In this document: piece after piece, positions 55,501-64,000 of the stretch
Position numbering within the stretch: the stretch's first letter is position 1
How the letters are laid out: every line of letters begins with the position of its first letter
Source of the DNA: a virus
Taxonomy: Duplodnaviria; Caudoviricetes
DNA length: 64,000 nt
Virus record (IMG/VR): IMGVR_UViG_3300020360_000085
Location: 32,001 to 96,000 of that record
Reading direction: 5' to 3' (one strand)
Program-made: the position numbers and the translations under genes
The notes under the pieces: generated by a model
Seen by the model: only the letters and a program-made list of their open reading frames with translations
Database searches by the model: none
What the model was told of the DNA's origin: nothing

Positions 55501-56667
55501 TTAAAACATCATATTAAGTTTTTTGTAAAACTTATTGTAATGTTTAGACCCGTCTTTAAAATCATTATAATGATCTCGATTATATTCTAAAACATCATAC
55601 ATTTCGTATAACATTTCAGTCAACTCTTGATGTGATGTATTTGATAATTTTTGATATAGATTATATAATTTATTTTTTCTCGAGTTATGATCCTTGTCGT
55701 TATCATAACTTTCGTCCCACCATTTATAAAATGTTTTAAATCCACAATCTTTAAGATAGGATAATGCTCCAGGTTGTGCATGTAATATAAATGGATTTGC
55801 CATAACTATAGCCTTGGTACATTTATCTGTCATATCTAATTCATAATCGTTATAATCTTTACATGTATGTTCAAAATATGTTTCACTAACAAAATGTATA
55901 TAAGTATCTAAAAATGCTTGTCTTTCAGTATCACTTTTAAGTCTTGGTAAAAAAGGGTCGCTGGAATTTGTATTATGTAAGTCATATATCCATGGTAAAC
56001 TATTTAAAAGTTCATCACTTAAATTTAATTCGTCTTTATAACTTTCTATAGACATATCTTTAAATGGAGTATAACAAGAAACTAAATTTTGTTGCTTTAA
56101 ATTATTATCAAAAATAAATTTACATAACTCTGCTCTATGTTTATAAGGCTTACCCATAAAAGTTAATAATTTTTTAGGTCGCTGTATTTTATTTTTTATT
56201 TGCTCATATTGTTTATCTATAATATCCTCAGGCTGACATAATGGCATAAAGACTTGATATGGCAATGTAGCAACATTATACTCCTTGGGCTCAAAACTTT
56301 TTATGTTTCCTACTATAAGTATTACATCATTTTTATTTAAATTATATTTTAGCATGGTATTACAAATTATTTTATGTGTAAAATCTCTGTTACCAAAATA
56401 TCTATATGTAATATCATAACTTTCACTAGTAAAATCAAAAAGTAATTTACATTTGTTATCCTTTATGTCTTTTAAAATATCTTGTGGAATATTATAAAAG
56501 TATTCTTTTGCTTTTAATATTAATTGTTTATCTCGTTGAGGAGGACATGTGATTTGCATATCTATTTGAATAGGATACACATACTTTTGATTTGTATTAT
56601 TTTTAATGGGTAATCGTAGAAGATCTTCTACTGAAGAATTCATTTGACCTGTATGAGTAAACAACAT
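55501..56667 (-). CDS. Hypothetical protein, putative glycosyltransferase-like family (paralog of 28722..30008)
   Basis: Start moved to ATG 56667, 5 nt after CATAAATA; GFKTFYKWWDESYD motif. Confidence 0.6.
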   Translation of the reverse strand: MLFTHTGQMNSSVEDLLRLPIKNNTNQKYVYPIQIDMQITCPPQRDKQLILKAKEYFYNIPQDILKDIKDNKCKLLFDFTSESYDITYRYFGNRDFTHKIICNTMLKYNLNKNDVILIVGNIKSFEPKEYNVATLPYQVFMPLCQPEDIIDKQYEQIKNKIQRPKKLLTFMGKPYKHRAELCKFIFDNNLKQQNLVSCYTPFKDMSIESYKDELNLSDELLNSLPWIYDLHNTNSSDPFLPRLKSDTERQAFLDTYIHFVSETYFEHTCKDYNDYELDMTDKCTKAIVMANPFILHAQPGALSYLKDCGFKTFYKWWDESYDNDKDHNSRKNKLYNLYQKLSNTSHQELTEMLYEMYDVLEYNRDHYNDFKDGSKHYNKFYKKLNMMF

Positions 56668-56693
56668 AATAATATTTATGTTGCATTGTAAAA

Positions 56694-57575
56694 CTAATCT
56701 TGTGTAACTGAAATAGAACAACCACCTAAGGTTGCACAGGTTTGTGTCAATGTATATGTTTGTCCTACGGAGTTGTGTGATTGATTTAGATATAAATCTG
56801 TTCCATAACTACCATATAAATTAATAGTTGCCGTATGAGCACCATTTTTTCTTTGTTTTATCCAAACATCATTATTATCATTATAGATATTTAGGTTTAA
56901 TGTTTTACTTCCATTTTGTAATTGTCCAGCATAAACTTCGTTACCGTCACCAAATATGTTTACATACATGTTGTGATTTATACTGCTACTATCTTGTTTT
57001 TGGCCTGCTTTAAAGTCATTGTTGTCGCCATGTATATCTAATCGCACAAGATTTCCACCTGGTTCATTATAATCATATGACCAAGAAGTGTTTCCGTTAC
57101 TAGAATTTTTATCTAAAAACCAACCTTGACCAACCATTACATCATTACTATTACCTTCTAAATGAAATTCTACTTTGCTTTCATTACAACTGTTGTAACT
57201 ACATTTTTGCCATATTTGTAATGTGTTACTATCTCCGTCTATATCTCCGCCTTGATCATGTCCTTGACCCCAAGCACTTGAATAACCTATATAAAAATTA
57301 TTACCTTCTTGTAATATTGCTATTTCGTTTGATTGTCCATCTAAACTAAAGTTAATGTCATTATCATATCCATCTTGTAATACTCTTAAAATATTATTAC
57401 TAGAATCTGCACTTACTATACCTAAATCTATATCAATAATATTATTATACCCTTCTTGATTGGCTTCAATAATTACATTATCTCCTGCTTGTTCAATTAA
57501 AACTTCCTGGTCATCTGCTAATAAAACAGATGGTATTAATAATAATCCTGCTAATATGTTTCTTAATATTTTCAT
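56694..57575 (-). CDS. Secreted curlin-repeat-like protein
   Basis: Signal peptide; repeated Q-x-G-x-x-N units (EQAGDN, NQEGYNN, LQDGYDN, LQEGNN, HGDNND, FGDGNE). Confidence 0.7.
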   Translation of the reverse strand: MKILRNILAGLLLIPSVLLADDQEVLIEQAGDNVIIEANQEGYNNIIDIDLGIVSADSSNNILRVLQDGYDNDINFSLDGQSNEIAILQEGNNFYIGYSSAWGQGHDQGGDIDGDSNTLQIWQKCSYNSCNESKVEFHLEGNSNDVMVGQGWFLDKNSSNGNTSWSYDYNEPGGNLVRLDIHGDNNDFKAGQKQDSSSINHNMYVNIFGDGNEVYAGQLQNGSKTLNLNIYNDNNDVWIKQRKNGAHTATINLYGSYGTDLYLNQSHNSVGQTYTLTQTCATLGGCSISVTQD

Positions 57576-58748
57576 CTAATTCTGTATAATTGTTATTACA
57601 CTTCCCTCACAACTGTTTAGGCACATTATTGTAGAACCTAAATCTTTATCTGTTACAAATATTTGTGCAGATGTACCCTTTTTAAACTTTAAACTAACGT
57701 AATTATTAGCCTGCCTTAAAAAGAACACTTTACCATCAACATCTGGTAAAATATTAAATTGGTTATCTGCTTGTAATCCAAAATTTCTATCTATTAATCT
57801 ATCACTAAAGTTTTGTTCCTGTTGGCCGTCCAAAGCATCTGCTTCTTCTATAATCTCCAACAAATCTCTCAAAAAGTCAACTTCTAAGAAATTAATATCT
57901 AATTCTGTAAATTCTAACTCCTGTTCGGCTTCTGCCGCCAAATCTTGTCCTTCTAAAAAGTCAATGTCTAAGTCTGAAAAGTCTAACAATCCACCATCTC
58001 CTTTAAGTGCTTCTTGTTGTTCTTCTTCTGCCTGTACAATCTCTTCAGGTTTACTCACAATAAACATATTGTCTATCATATTCAAATCCAGGTCTACTAA
58101 AACAACTGGATTTGTTGGAGGTGTTTCAAACGTACTAACCATTACAGCCTGAAATGCCTCTTCAAGTATTACTGTACCACCGTCATTAGTCACAGTTATA
58201 CTCCCTGAAGGTCTACAACCTTCTTCTAATTTTACCCTATCATTACAATTTGCATCTGGTAATAATATTACTAAACTTCTACCCAGTTCGTCAACTGTAG
58301 TGGTAAAATCAGTTCCCCTAATACCAATAGTTGCTGTAGGCGTTTCTATCATAATATTTTCTTTAGGAACAAGTCCTAAACCGCCTGTTGCAAATCGAGC
58401 CGTGCCTTGAACAAAGTTCATAGCCATTTTGCTCTTGCTTGGATCAGGATCATATACATACTCTGTAATCTCTACAACTGTATGTTCTGTCAAACTAATC
58501 TGTGTTTGGTCTACAAATTCGATTTTTAATCTACCGTTTTCGGTTTCTACATTATCATAACTTTGTACACCTGTGTCTAAAATAGCATCAAGTTGTTCTC
58601 CTGACGTCCTATAAATGGCGCCAGGAGTACCACTTTGCTCCGAAACGCCGCCAATCTCTTCAGCGGCGTTCAGAATAGGTGTTAGCAAAAATGCCAGAGC
58701 GAATAATAATTTAGTCGGTCTGTTTAATGCTAACTGATGCATTTTCAC
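57576..58748 (-). CDS. Secreted FecR-domain protein
   Basis: Signal peptide; VETENGRLKIEFVDQTQISL...QGTARF...TPTATIGIRGT; acidic C-terminal part. Confidence 0.82.
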   Translation of the reverse strand: MKMHQLALNRPTKLLFALAFLLTPILNAAEEIGGVSEQSGTPGAIYRTSGEQLDAILDTGVQSYDNVETENGRLKIEFVDQTQISLTEHTVVEITEYVYDPDPSKSKMAMNFVQGTARFATGGLGLVPKENIMIETPTATIGIRGTDFTTTVDELGRSLVILLPDANCNDRVKLEEGCRPSGSITVTNDGGTVILEEAFQAVMVSTFETPPTNPVVLVDLDLNMIDNMFIVSKPEEIVQAEEEQQEALKGDGGLLDFSDLDIDFLEGQDLAAEAEQELEFTELDINFLEVDFLRDLLEIIEEADALDGQQEQNFSDRLIDRNFGLQADNQFNILPDVDGKVFFLRQANNYVSLKFKKGTSAQIFVTDKDLGSTIMCLNSCEGSVITIIQN

Positions 58749-59526
58749 TGTCTAAGTCTACGTTAATTACACCTTTACATGCTGGTGTACAGGTTGCTGT
58801 CATATCTTGAGTGAACTGAAAATCTCCATCACTACCGTTTAACACAACTGTTAAACTTTGACCGCTATTACCACTTTGCTTAGTAGCAAACTTGTTGTCG
58901 TCTCCTGTTATTTCCATATTCCATACAGCATTATCTGTATTTACTATGATGCCAGACATTGAACTTGTTCCAGTACAATTTGTACCACAACTTTCGCCTT
59001 GGCCTTGAGCCGCCCAAACGTTGCTATTTGTAAATGAACCATCGAAATCATTTCGATCGCCAAGTATTACTAAGTCAAAATTTAAATATTCAGCACTTGC
59101 AGAACTACCAATGTCAACATCAAAAAGGTTTGAATCACCTTGAATGTCAACAAGCATATCTGCTTCGTCACTGCTACCTGAACTACCAATATTCATGTCC
59201 CAGACATTACTATCACCTAAGAAGTAAAAATCTAAAACAGATGATCCACTACCATCAAGGACCCAACTACCAAACATGTCGTTATTATTACCGTCTTGTA
59301 TCAAGTCTAAAATTAAACTTGAACCAGTAAGAGTAAGATCACTGTTTTGTGATGCGTCACCTGATAAAGTGTTTCCATAGCCAGCCTGTAAGATGGTCAA
59401 TGTGAGGTTATCACCTTCTTGATCCAATAACACTTCGTTATCGTCTGCAAGAATTGGACCAGCCATAAGGCATGCAAAAGCGAAGACACTGACTGCTAAT
59501 TTACTTAAAAATTTACTTGTCTTCAT
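58711..59526 (-). CDS. Secreted curlin-repeat-like protein
   Basis: Start MKTSKF; signal peptide; DQEGDN, LQAGYGN, IQDGNNN, LGDSN, QGDSN, TGDDN repeats. Confidence 0.7.
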   Translation of the reverse strand: MKTSKFLSKLAVSVFAFACLMAGPILADDNEVLLDQEGDNLTLTILQAGYGNTLSGDASQNSDLTLTGSSLILDLIQDGNNNDMFGSWVLDGSGSSVLDFYFLGDSNVWDMNIGSSGSSDEADMLVDIQGDSNLFDVDIGSSASAEYLNFDLVILGDRNDFDGSFTNSNVWAAQGQGESCGTNCTGTSSMSGIIVNTDNAVWNMEITGDDNKFATKQSGNSGQSLTVVLNGSDGDFQFTQDMTATCTPACKGVINVDLDSENASVSIKQTD

Positions 59527-60550
59527 TATTTTCTCCAATATTGGTTATACTATCATTCTTTAATAGAATGCGTTTCCATAAAGGTATTGAACTAGGGTCT
59601 TTGGAAAATGCTTCGACATCCTCCGCGTCCGGAAGAACGCCTGAATCTTTGAGACTCATCCAGTATGCCTGCTCTTGAGCGGCTACTTGATCGTCCCAAT
59701 CTTCTGGATAAACAATCTTCCAATATCCTCTTTCATCACCTTGAGTAATAAGTTCTAACACCGCGGCCTCGATCGCTGATCGGACTGCGTATGTTACACT
59801 TTCATTCTGTGTCATTCCGCTCTCTAGTTCAAGTAATTTGGTATCCATATCTAAAAATCTAAATACATCTCCTGCTTGACCTGAACTTAATACGGTCTTG
59901 CTTGTTTGCACGTTGAGTATCACTTCGCCAGTGAGTGTGCTTACTGCACGAAGTGAAACCACAATGCTATCCCTACGATACTGGTTTGTTGTACCAATAC
60001 CGAGATATCTTGCCCCTGTACCTCCTGTTTCAATATTAGTGTCATATCCTACAATACCACCTTCTAATATCATACCAGCAAATAACATTGGCTGTAGTTC
60101 TTGAAACTCGTCTTTACCTGCCTGTTTGGCTTGCTCAGATCGAGTGCTTCGAACTATTTGTCTTTCTCTAACTAAGTTATCTAAACCTAGTCCTCTTTCA
60201 ACTACTCTAAACCAAGTTCCTTTTGGATTTTCTCCTGAACCTGCCGCCTTTAGAGCGTCTATTAATAAACTTTTTGCGTCTTGAGTAACTGCTGTACTAA
60301 AACTTGCAACATTATCTTGGCTTTTCCTTTGTCCTGTTCCATCTCCAAATTGATAAACAGCAACCACAGGCATGTTTTCTGCTGGAGGCAGATACCTTAA
60401 CTTCCTGTACGTAGGTAGTTCTACTTTTTTAGGCTCTTCAACACATTCTAAAAAATCTGTTTTACATGCCTGATCGCCTGGTATAGCGATACTGGCACAC
60501 CCGCTTAAATATAACACACCTATAAATGCTATTAATATTTTTTTATACAA
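59513..60550 (-). CDS. csgG: Curli secretion channel CsgG
   Basis: Lipobox LSGC; VAVYQFGDGTGQRK, FSTAVTQ, FRVVER.GL.NL..ERQI.R, EGGIVGYD, LR.VST.TGEV. Confidence 0.92.
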   Translation of the reverse strand: MYKKILIAFIGVLYLSGCASIAIPGDQACKTDFLECVEEPKKVELPTYRKLRYLPPAENMPVVAVYQFGDGTGQRKSQDNVASFSTAVTQDAKSLLIDALKAAGSGENPKGTWFRVVERGLGLDNLVRERQIVRSTRSEQAKQAGKDEFQELQPMLFAGMILEGGIVGYDTNIETGGTGARYLGIGTTNQYRRDSIVVSLRAVSTLTGEVILNVQTSKTVLSSGQAGDVFRFLDMDTKLLELESGMTQNESVTYAVRSAIEAAVLELITQGDERGYWKIVYPEDWDDQVAAQEQAYWMSLKDSGVLPDAEDVEAFSKDPSSIPLWKRILLKNDSITNIGENNEDK

Positions 60551-60551
60551 C

Positions 60552-61079
60552 TTATCCGCCTGATATTTGTCCTATCCCTATTGGAATCTCAATCGTTGTT
60601 ATTGTTCCATCAGGATCAACAATGGTTAAAACAATTACCTCTAATCCGTCTGCATTTGTAGTTACAGTATAAGAAACATTATTGCCTTCTATTGTAAATG
60701 CGCCACTTGTAGCACCTGTACATTGAACAACTGTTGCTGGATCACAAAACATACTATCTACTAAACCTTTAGAAATTTGAGAGTATATTCTACTTTCTAA
60801 GTTTCTAATAAATTTATTAATTGTACTGTTAGCATCTTCTCTTTCAGCACGTCTTAATGCTTCTTCTATATCACTTTTAATTTTATCTCTACGGCCTTTT
60901 TCCTGGTTTTCTATTGTTAGATAATGAGCACCAGTTCCTGAGCCACTAAAACTTGGATTTTTAAATTTGTGCTTTATTTCGTCTGCACTTAATTCTGCAA
61001 CAAACAAAACACCCATAATTATGAATAAACTTCCTATTATTGCATTTGAAAGTCTATTATTAATTTTTGCTTCATTCAT
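60552..61079 (-). CDS. csgF: Curli assembly factor CsgF-like
   Basis: Signal peptide followed by FKNPSFSG (CsgF FxNPxFxG); adjacent to csgG. Confidence 0.8.
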   Translation of the reverse strand: MNEAKINNRLSNAIIGSLFIIMGVLFVAELSADEIKHKFKNPSFSGSGTGAHYLTIENQEKGRRDKIKSDIEEALRRAEREDANSTINKFIRNLESRIYSQISKGLVDSMFCDPATVVQCTGATSGAFTIEGNNVSYTVTTNADGLEVIVLTIVDPDGTITTIEIPIGIGQISGG

Positions 61080-61080
61080 T

Positions 61081-61374
61081 TTAATTTTCCTGCTCTTTTA
61101 TTTTTTCAAGAGCCTCCTTTTCCTCGGCATCTTTCAAGACTTCCTGTCTTGCTCTATATTCGAGAACAACATTTACTTTTTGTTGTAGCCTTATAAGATC
61201 TTGATCAAGCATTCTAAATTGATCAATAACTCTTATAAGTTCCATGTGCATTTTACTAAGTTCTGGTTTTATATCATTGTTGATATATTTCCATACATAG
61301 TAAATAAAATATCCTAATCCAACAACTGCAACCACAGGAAAGCCAAAGTCAGCAACTAATTTTGCTACATCCAT
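61081..61374 (-). CDS. Small membrane protein, YvrJ/BhlA-like (TM plus coiled coil)
   Basis: VADFGFPVVAVVGLGYFIYYVW then coiled coil. Confidence 0.6.
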   Translation of the reverse strand: MDVAKLVADFGFPVVAVVGLGYFIYYVWKYINNDIKPELSKMHMELIRVIDQFRMLDQDLIRLQQKVNVVLEYRARQEVLKDAEEKEALEKIKEQEN

Positions 61375-61676
61375 TAGTCTCTCCTTGCGTCTACTTTACC
61401 ATCCTCTACGAAATTTTCTGCTCTAGCAACTCTGTCTATATCTGGTCTTAAATCCAAGGCACTACTTACCAATAGATCTATTTTAACCATTTCGTTACTC
61501 ATGACTCGACCTCGAGTCTGAAGGGATTTGCAAAAACCAGTTAGGGTTTTCACTTGGCCAACGACGCCGGCCATTAATTGTTTTATAATTATAAAAATAA
61601 AGGCCCCCATTGCTAATGCTCCAGCAATAGGCAACCCTACTTCTGCAATTAATTGAAATATTTTTTCCATTTGCAC
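61374..61676 (-). CDS. Small membrane protein, YvrJ/BhlA-like, paralog of the next gene
   Basis: IAEVGLPIAGALAMGAFIFIII then coiled coil; TAATG coupling; late promoter 61725-61732. Confidence 0.6.
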   Translation of the reverse strand: MQMEKIFQLIAEVGLPIAGALAMGAFIFIIIKQLMAGVVGQVKTLTGFCKSLQTRGRVMSNEMVKIDLLVSSALDLRPDIDRVARAENFVEDGKVDARRD

Positions 61677-61759
61677 ACTCTGTTTGTTTGTTTTTTAGCG
61701 AGTGCTTTACTCACCTACCACATGTATTTATCTTGTTTGCATAAGAAAATTTGCTCATG

Positions 61760-61785
61760 AAAAAAGGAGCCAAGGCTCCTTTTCT
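61760..61785 (-). terminator. Rho-independent terminator after the tail fibre
   Basis: AAAAGGAGC-CTTG-GCTCCTTTTTT. Confidence 0.85.
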
Positions 61786-61801
61786 CTGAATTTGTTTTTT
61801 G

Positions 61802-64000
61802 TTACATCATGTTTACAAGAACTTCAATAACTGCTTCTCCGCCTTCACTAGAACCAATTGCTTTACCAATTATTCTTCCGGCTACTGCATTATTGTCTGC
61901 TTTTGCATGTCCTTTAACACTTGAACTAACCATTAAGTCACCTTTTGCAATAGGTCCTGTAACTTTACAAGGCACTCTTCCACATAATGCTACATAGTGT
62001 CCATCTGCTTCACTGTTCATCATATATGCTGGCTCTGTACTTATAACACCTGCAACTGCATGATGTGAATCATCTTCACATGCTATAACTTCTAGATCTC
62101 CACCAAAGCAAACAACATCGCCTGGTACTAAATCTTCTGGTCCTGAGTATTTCTCAGCCAAGTCCGCATATCTGGCCTGTGTTGCTGTACCTTGGAAAAG
62201 GTTTGCAAAAATATCACCACTACTGTCTCTAGCAACAACTTTACTTGCTGTTGCGGCCGTTGTTGCATCTACGGCTATATCATCTGCATTAACCGTAATG
62301 TACGAACCTGCACCAACATTGACTGTTACTCCACCTGATGATCCACCACCTGTAAGACCTGAACCTGCAGTTACTCCAGTAATATCACCAGTATTAGTTG
62401 TATATCCAAAACTTGTAATCTTGTCATTTACTGCGGCCGCAGTCATTAATACAGTATCTGAATCACTAAATGATTCTGAACCTGTTTGTATTGCGGCATC
62501 ACCAAAGTCACTAACTGCTAAATCAGGCAGTCTAGCACTTGCTAATGTTCCTGAACCAATATTACTTGCATTTGTTGTATCAGTTGTTGCTGAACTGGCC
62601 AAACCACTAACAGCACCACTGGCTATTGCTATATCTGTTGAACCTGCGGCTGTTAATTGACCCTGTGCATTAACTGTAAATGTTGCTACTGCTGATGCAT
62701 TACCATAACTTGCGGCTGTTACACCTGTGTTAGTAATACTAATAGCACCTGAACTTGATGTAATACCTGTAGATCCTGTAATAAGTGCTTGTACTTCACT
62801 GTTTGAAACTGCTACTGCATCTGCGGCTACGTCTATACCATAACCAGCAATAACATTAAGTGTAACTGCTCCAGAAGTTCCGCCACCTGTCATACCAGTA
62901 CCTGCTGTTACTGACTCTATATCACCTGCATCGTTTGTAAAACTAAATACACCTGTTGAACTATTATAACTTAAATCTCCACTAGCACTTACGGCCGCTC
63001 TGGCTCTTGCATCAGTAAAGTATAAATTAGTTGAACCTTCTGTTATTTCATCTGAGTTGTCTTTTGTTGCAATTTGAGCCGCGATATAGGCCTTAACTGA
63101 TTGCTGTGATGGTGCTCTTGTGGCACTATCTGTACCAAAGCCATCTTCATCAATAATATTATTTGCTATTCTGGCGTCTGCTCTAGCATCTGTATAGTAC
63201 AATGCTGAAGAATGTTCTGTTACATCTTCTGTTGTAATACTTGCATTAATGTAAGCATCTACTCTGGCATTTGTATAATATAAGTTTGTGCCTTCTGCAA
63301 GGTCTGAAGTGCTTGATGATAAATTAACATAAGTGGAACCATCGTTTGTAAATTGCCATTTATCAGATGTTTCGTTATATTGGAAAAATACATCATCACT
63401 TGAACCTCTGTTTACTTGTAAACCAGCATTTTCAGTAGGGGAGCCTGAAGCGTCACTGTTTAGTACCATAAGGTTATCTGCAATACTTAATGATGTTGTA
63501 TTAACAATAGTTTGTGTACCTGAAACTGTTAGGTTTCCGCTTACTACAACGTCTGCAAATGTTACATCACTTGAAGTAGCAACTGCCTGTCCTATTGCAA
63601 TTTCTCCTGAACTCACTGTAACACCTGTACCACCAGTTACTCTGGCATCTATGGCACTATTTGCTCTTGCTACAGTATAATATAAATTAGTCTGTTCTGG
63701 TACATCTGCTGTACTAACCTGATTAGTGCCTGTTCCAAAATCAATATGAGTATCATCTATACCGTCAGCCTTTAGGGTAACTGCGCCTGATGATACTGTA
63801 AAATGATCACTACTAAAAGAAGCAATACCTTTATTGGAATCTGTTGCATCTTCACCTGATACAACACCGGAAGATACATCTATACCTTCTCCTGCTGTTA
63901 TTAATGCCTGTACTTCACTATTTGTTAATTCTATATCATTTGCATTTGCAGTAATACCATAACCGCCCACAACGGTTACTGTAACTGTACCTGAAGTACC
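61802..64000 (-). CDS. Tail fibre protein, 3' part (continues beyond the right edge), with C-terminal intramolecular-chaperone/peptidase G2-like domain
   Basis: Frame open to 64000; repeats (D/E)xxEGxTNLY(Y/F)TxAR and GDIxxVTAGxGxTGGG; C-terminal YADLAEKY...GRVPCKV...KGDL...IIGKA. Confidence 0.85.
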   Translation of the reverse strand, partial: GTSGTVTVTVVGGYGITANANDIELTNSEVQALITAGEGIDVSSGVVSGEDATDSNKGIASFSSDHFTVSSGAVTLKADGIDDTHIDFGTGTNQVSTADVPEQTNLYYTVARANSAIDARVTGGTGVTVSSGEIAIGQAVATSSDVTFADVVVSGNLTVSGTQTIVNTTSLSIADNLMVLNSDASGSPTENAGLQVNRGSSDDVFFQYNETSDKWQFTNDGSTYVNLSSSTSDLAEGTNLYYTNARVDAYINASITTEDVTEHSSALYYTDARADARIANNIIDEDGFGTDSATRAPSQQSVKAYIAAQIATKDNSDEITEGSTNLYFTDARARAAVSASGDLSYNSSTGVFSFTNDAGDIESVTAGTGMTGGGTSGAVTLNVIAGYGIDVAADAVAVSNSEVQALITGSTGITSSSGAISITNTGVTAASYGNASAVATFTVNAQGQLTAAGSTDIAIASGAVSGLASSATTDTTNASNIGSGTLASARLPDLAVSDFGDAAIQTGSESFSDSDTVLMTAAAVNDKITSFGYTTNTGDITGVTAGSGLTGGGSSGGVTVNVGAGSYITVNADDIAVDATTAATASKVVARDSSGDIFANLFQGTATQARYADLAEKYSGPEDLVPGDVVCFGGDLEVIACEDDSHHAVAGVISTEPAYMMNSEADGHYVALCGRVPCKVTGPIAKGDLMVSSSVKGHAKADNNAVAGRIIGKAIGSSEGGEAVIEVLVNMM

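Noticed and set aside
1-64000. Stop-codon reassignment (TAG/TGA) as in some large phages
   Set aside because: Core genes are full length under code 11 and genes abut tightly; no fragmented ORFs need read-through.
1-64000. tRNA genes, CRISPR arrays, DGR or retron elements
   Set aside because: No tRNA T-arm/acceptor pattern, no regularly spaced repeat array and no reverse transcriptase motif seen by eye; tRNAscan-SE and a repeat finder would be needed to exclude them fully.

Overview
AT-rich segment of a large T4-like (myovirus, probably jumbo) bacteriophage genome. It uses the standard genetic code, is densely coding and lies almost entirely on the minus strand. Core modules: replication/recombination (gp41 helicase, gp61 primase, gp62-like clamp-loader subunit, a 191-aa DnaE-like polymerase core, UvsW, UvsX, UvsY, gp32), packaging (gp17, putative gp16, gp4) and neck/tail (gp13, gp14, gp15, gp18, gp19, a tail fibre running off the right edge). 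The accessory content is rich: a TonB-dependent receptor; a curli-like cluster (CsgF, CsgG, two curlin-repeat proteins, FecR, two small membrane proteins); a CHASE2 adenylate cyclase; a PLP enzyme/amidinotransferase/2 oxygenase/epimerase cluster under late promoters; Fpr, APRT, MazG-like, SET, Nudix and SGNH genes. Sequence-level observations not in the ORF track: (i) a candidate -1 programmed frameshift (A_AAA_AAG directly before TAG) extending a lipoprotein by 55 aa; (ii) ten late promoters NATAAATA exactly 5 nt before a start codon (predicted leaderless mRNAs), versus a second class with 5' leaders and strong SD; (iii) sigma70-type promoters mostly with 16-bp spacers; (iv) a structured 3' RNA with an anti-SD loop. 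All product calls come from motif recognition by eye; no database search was run.
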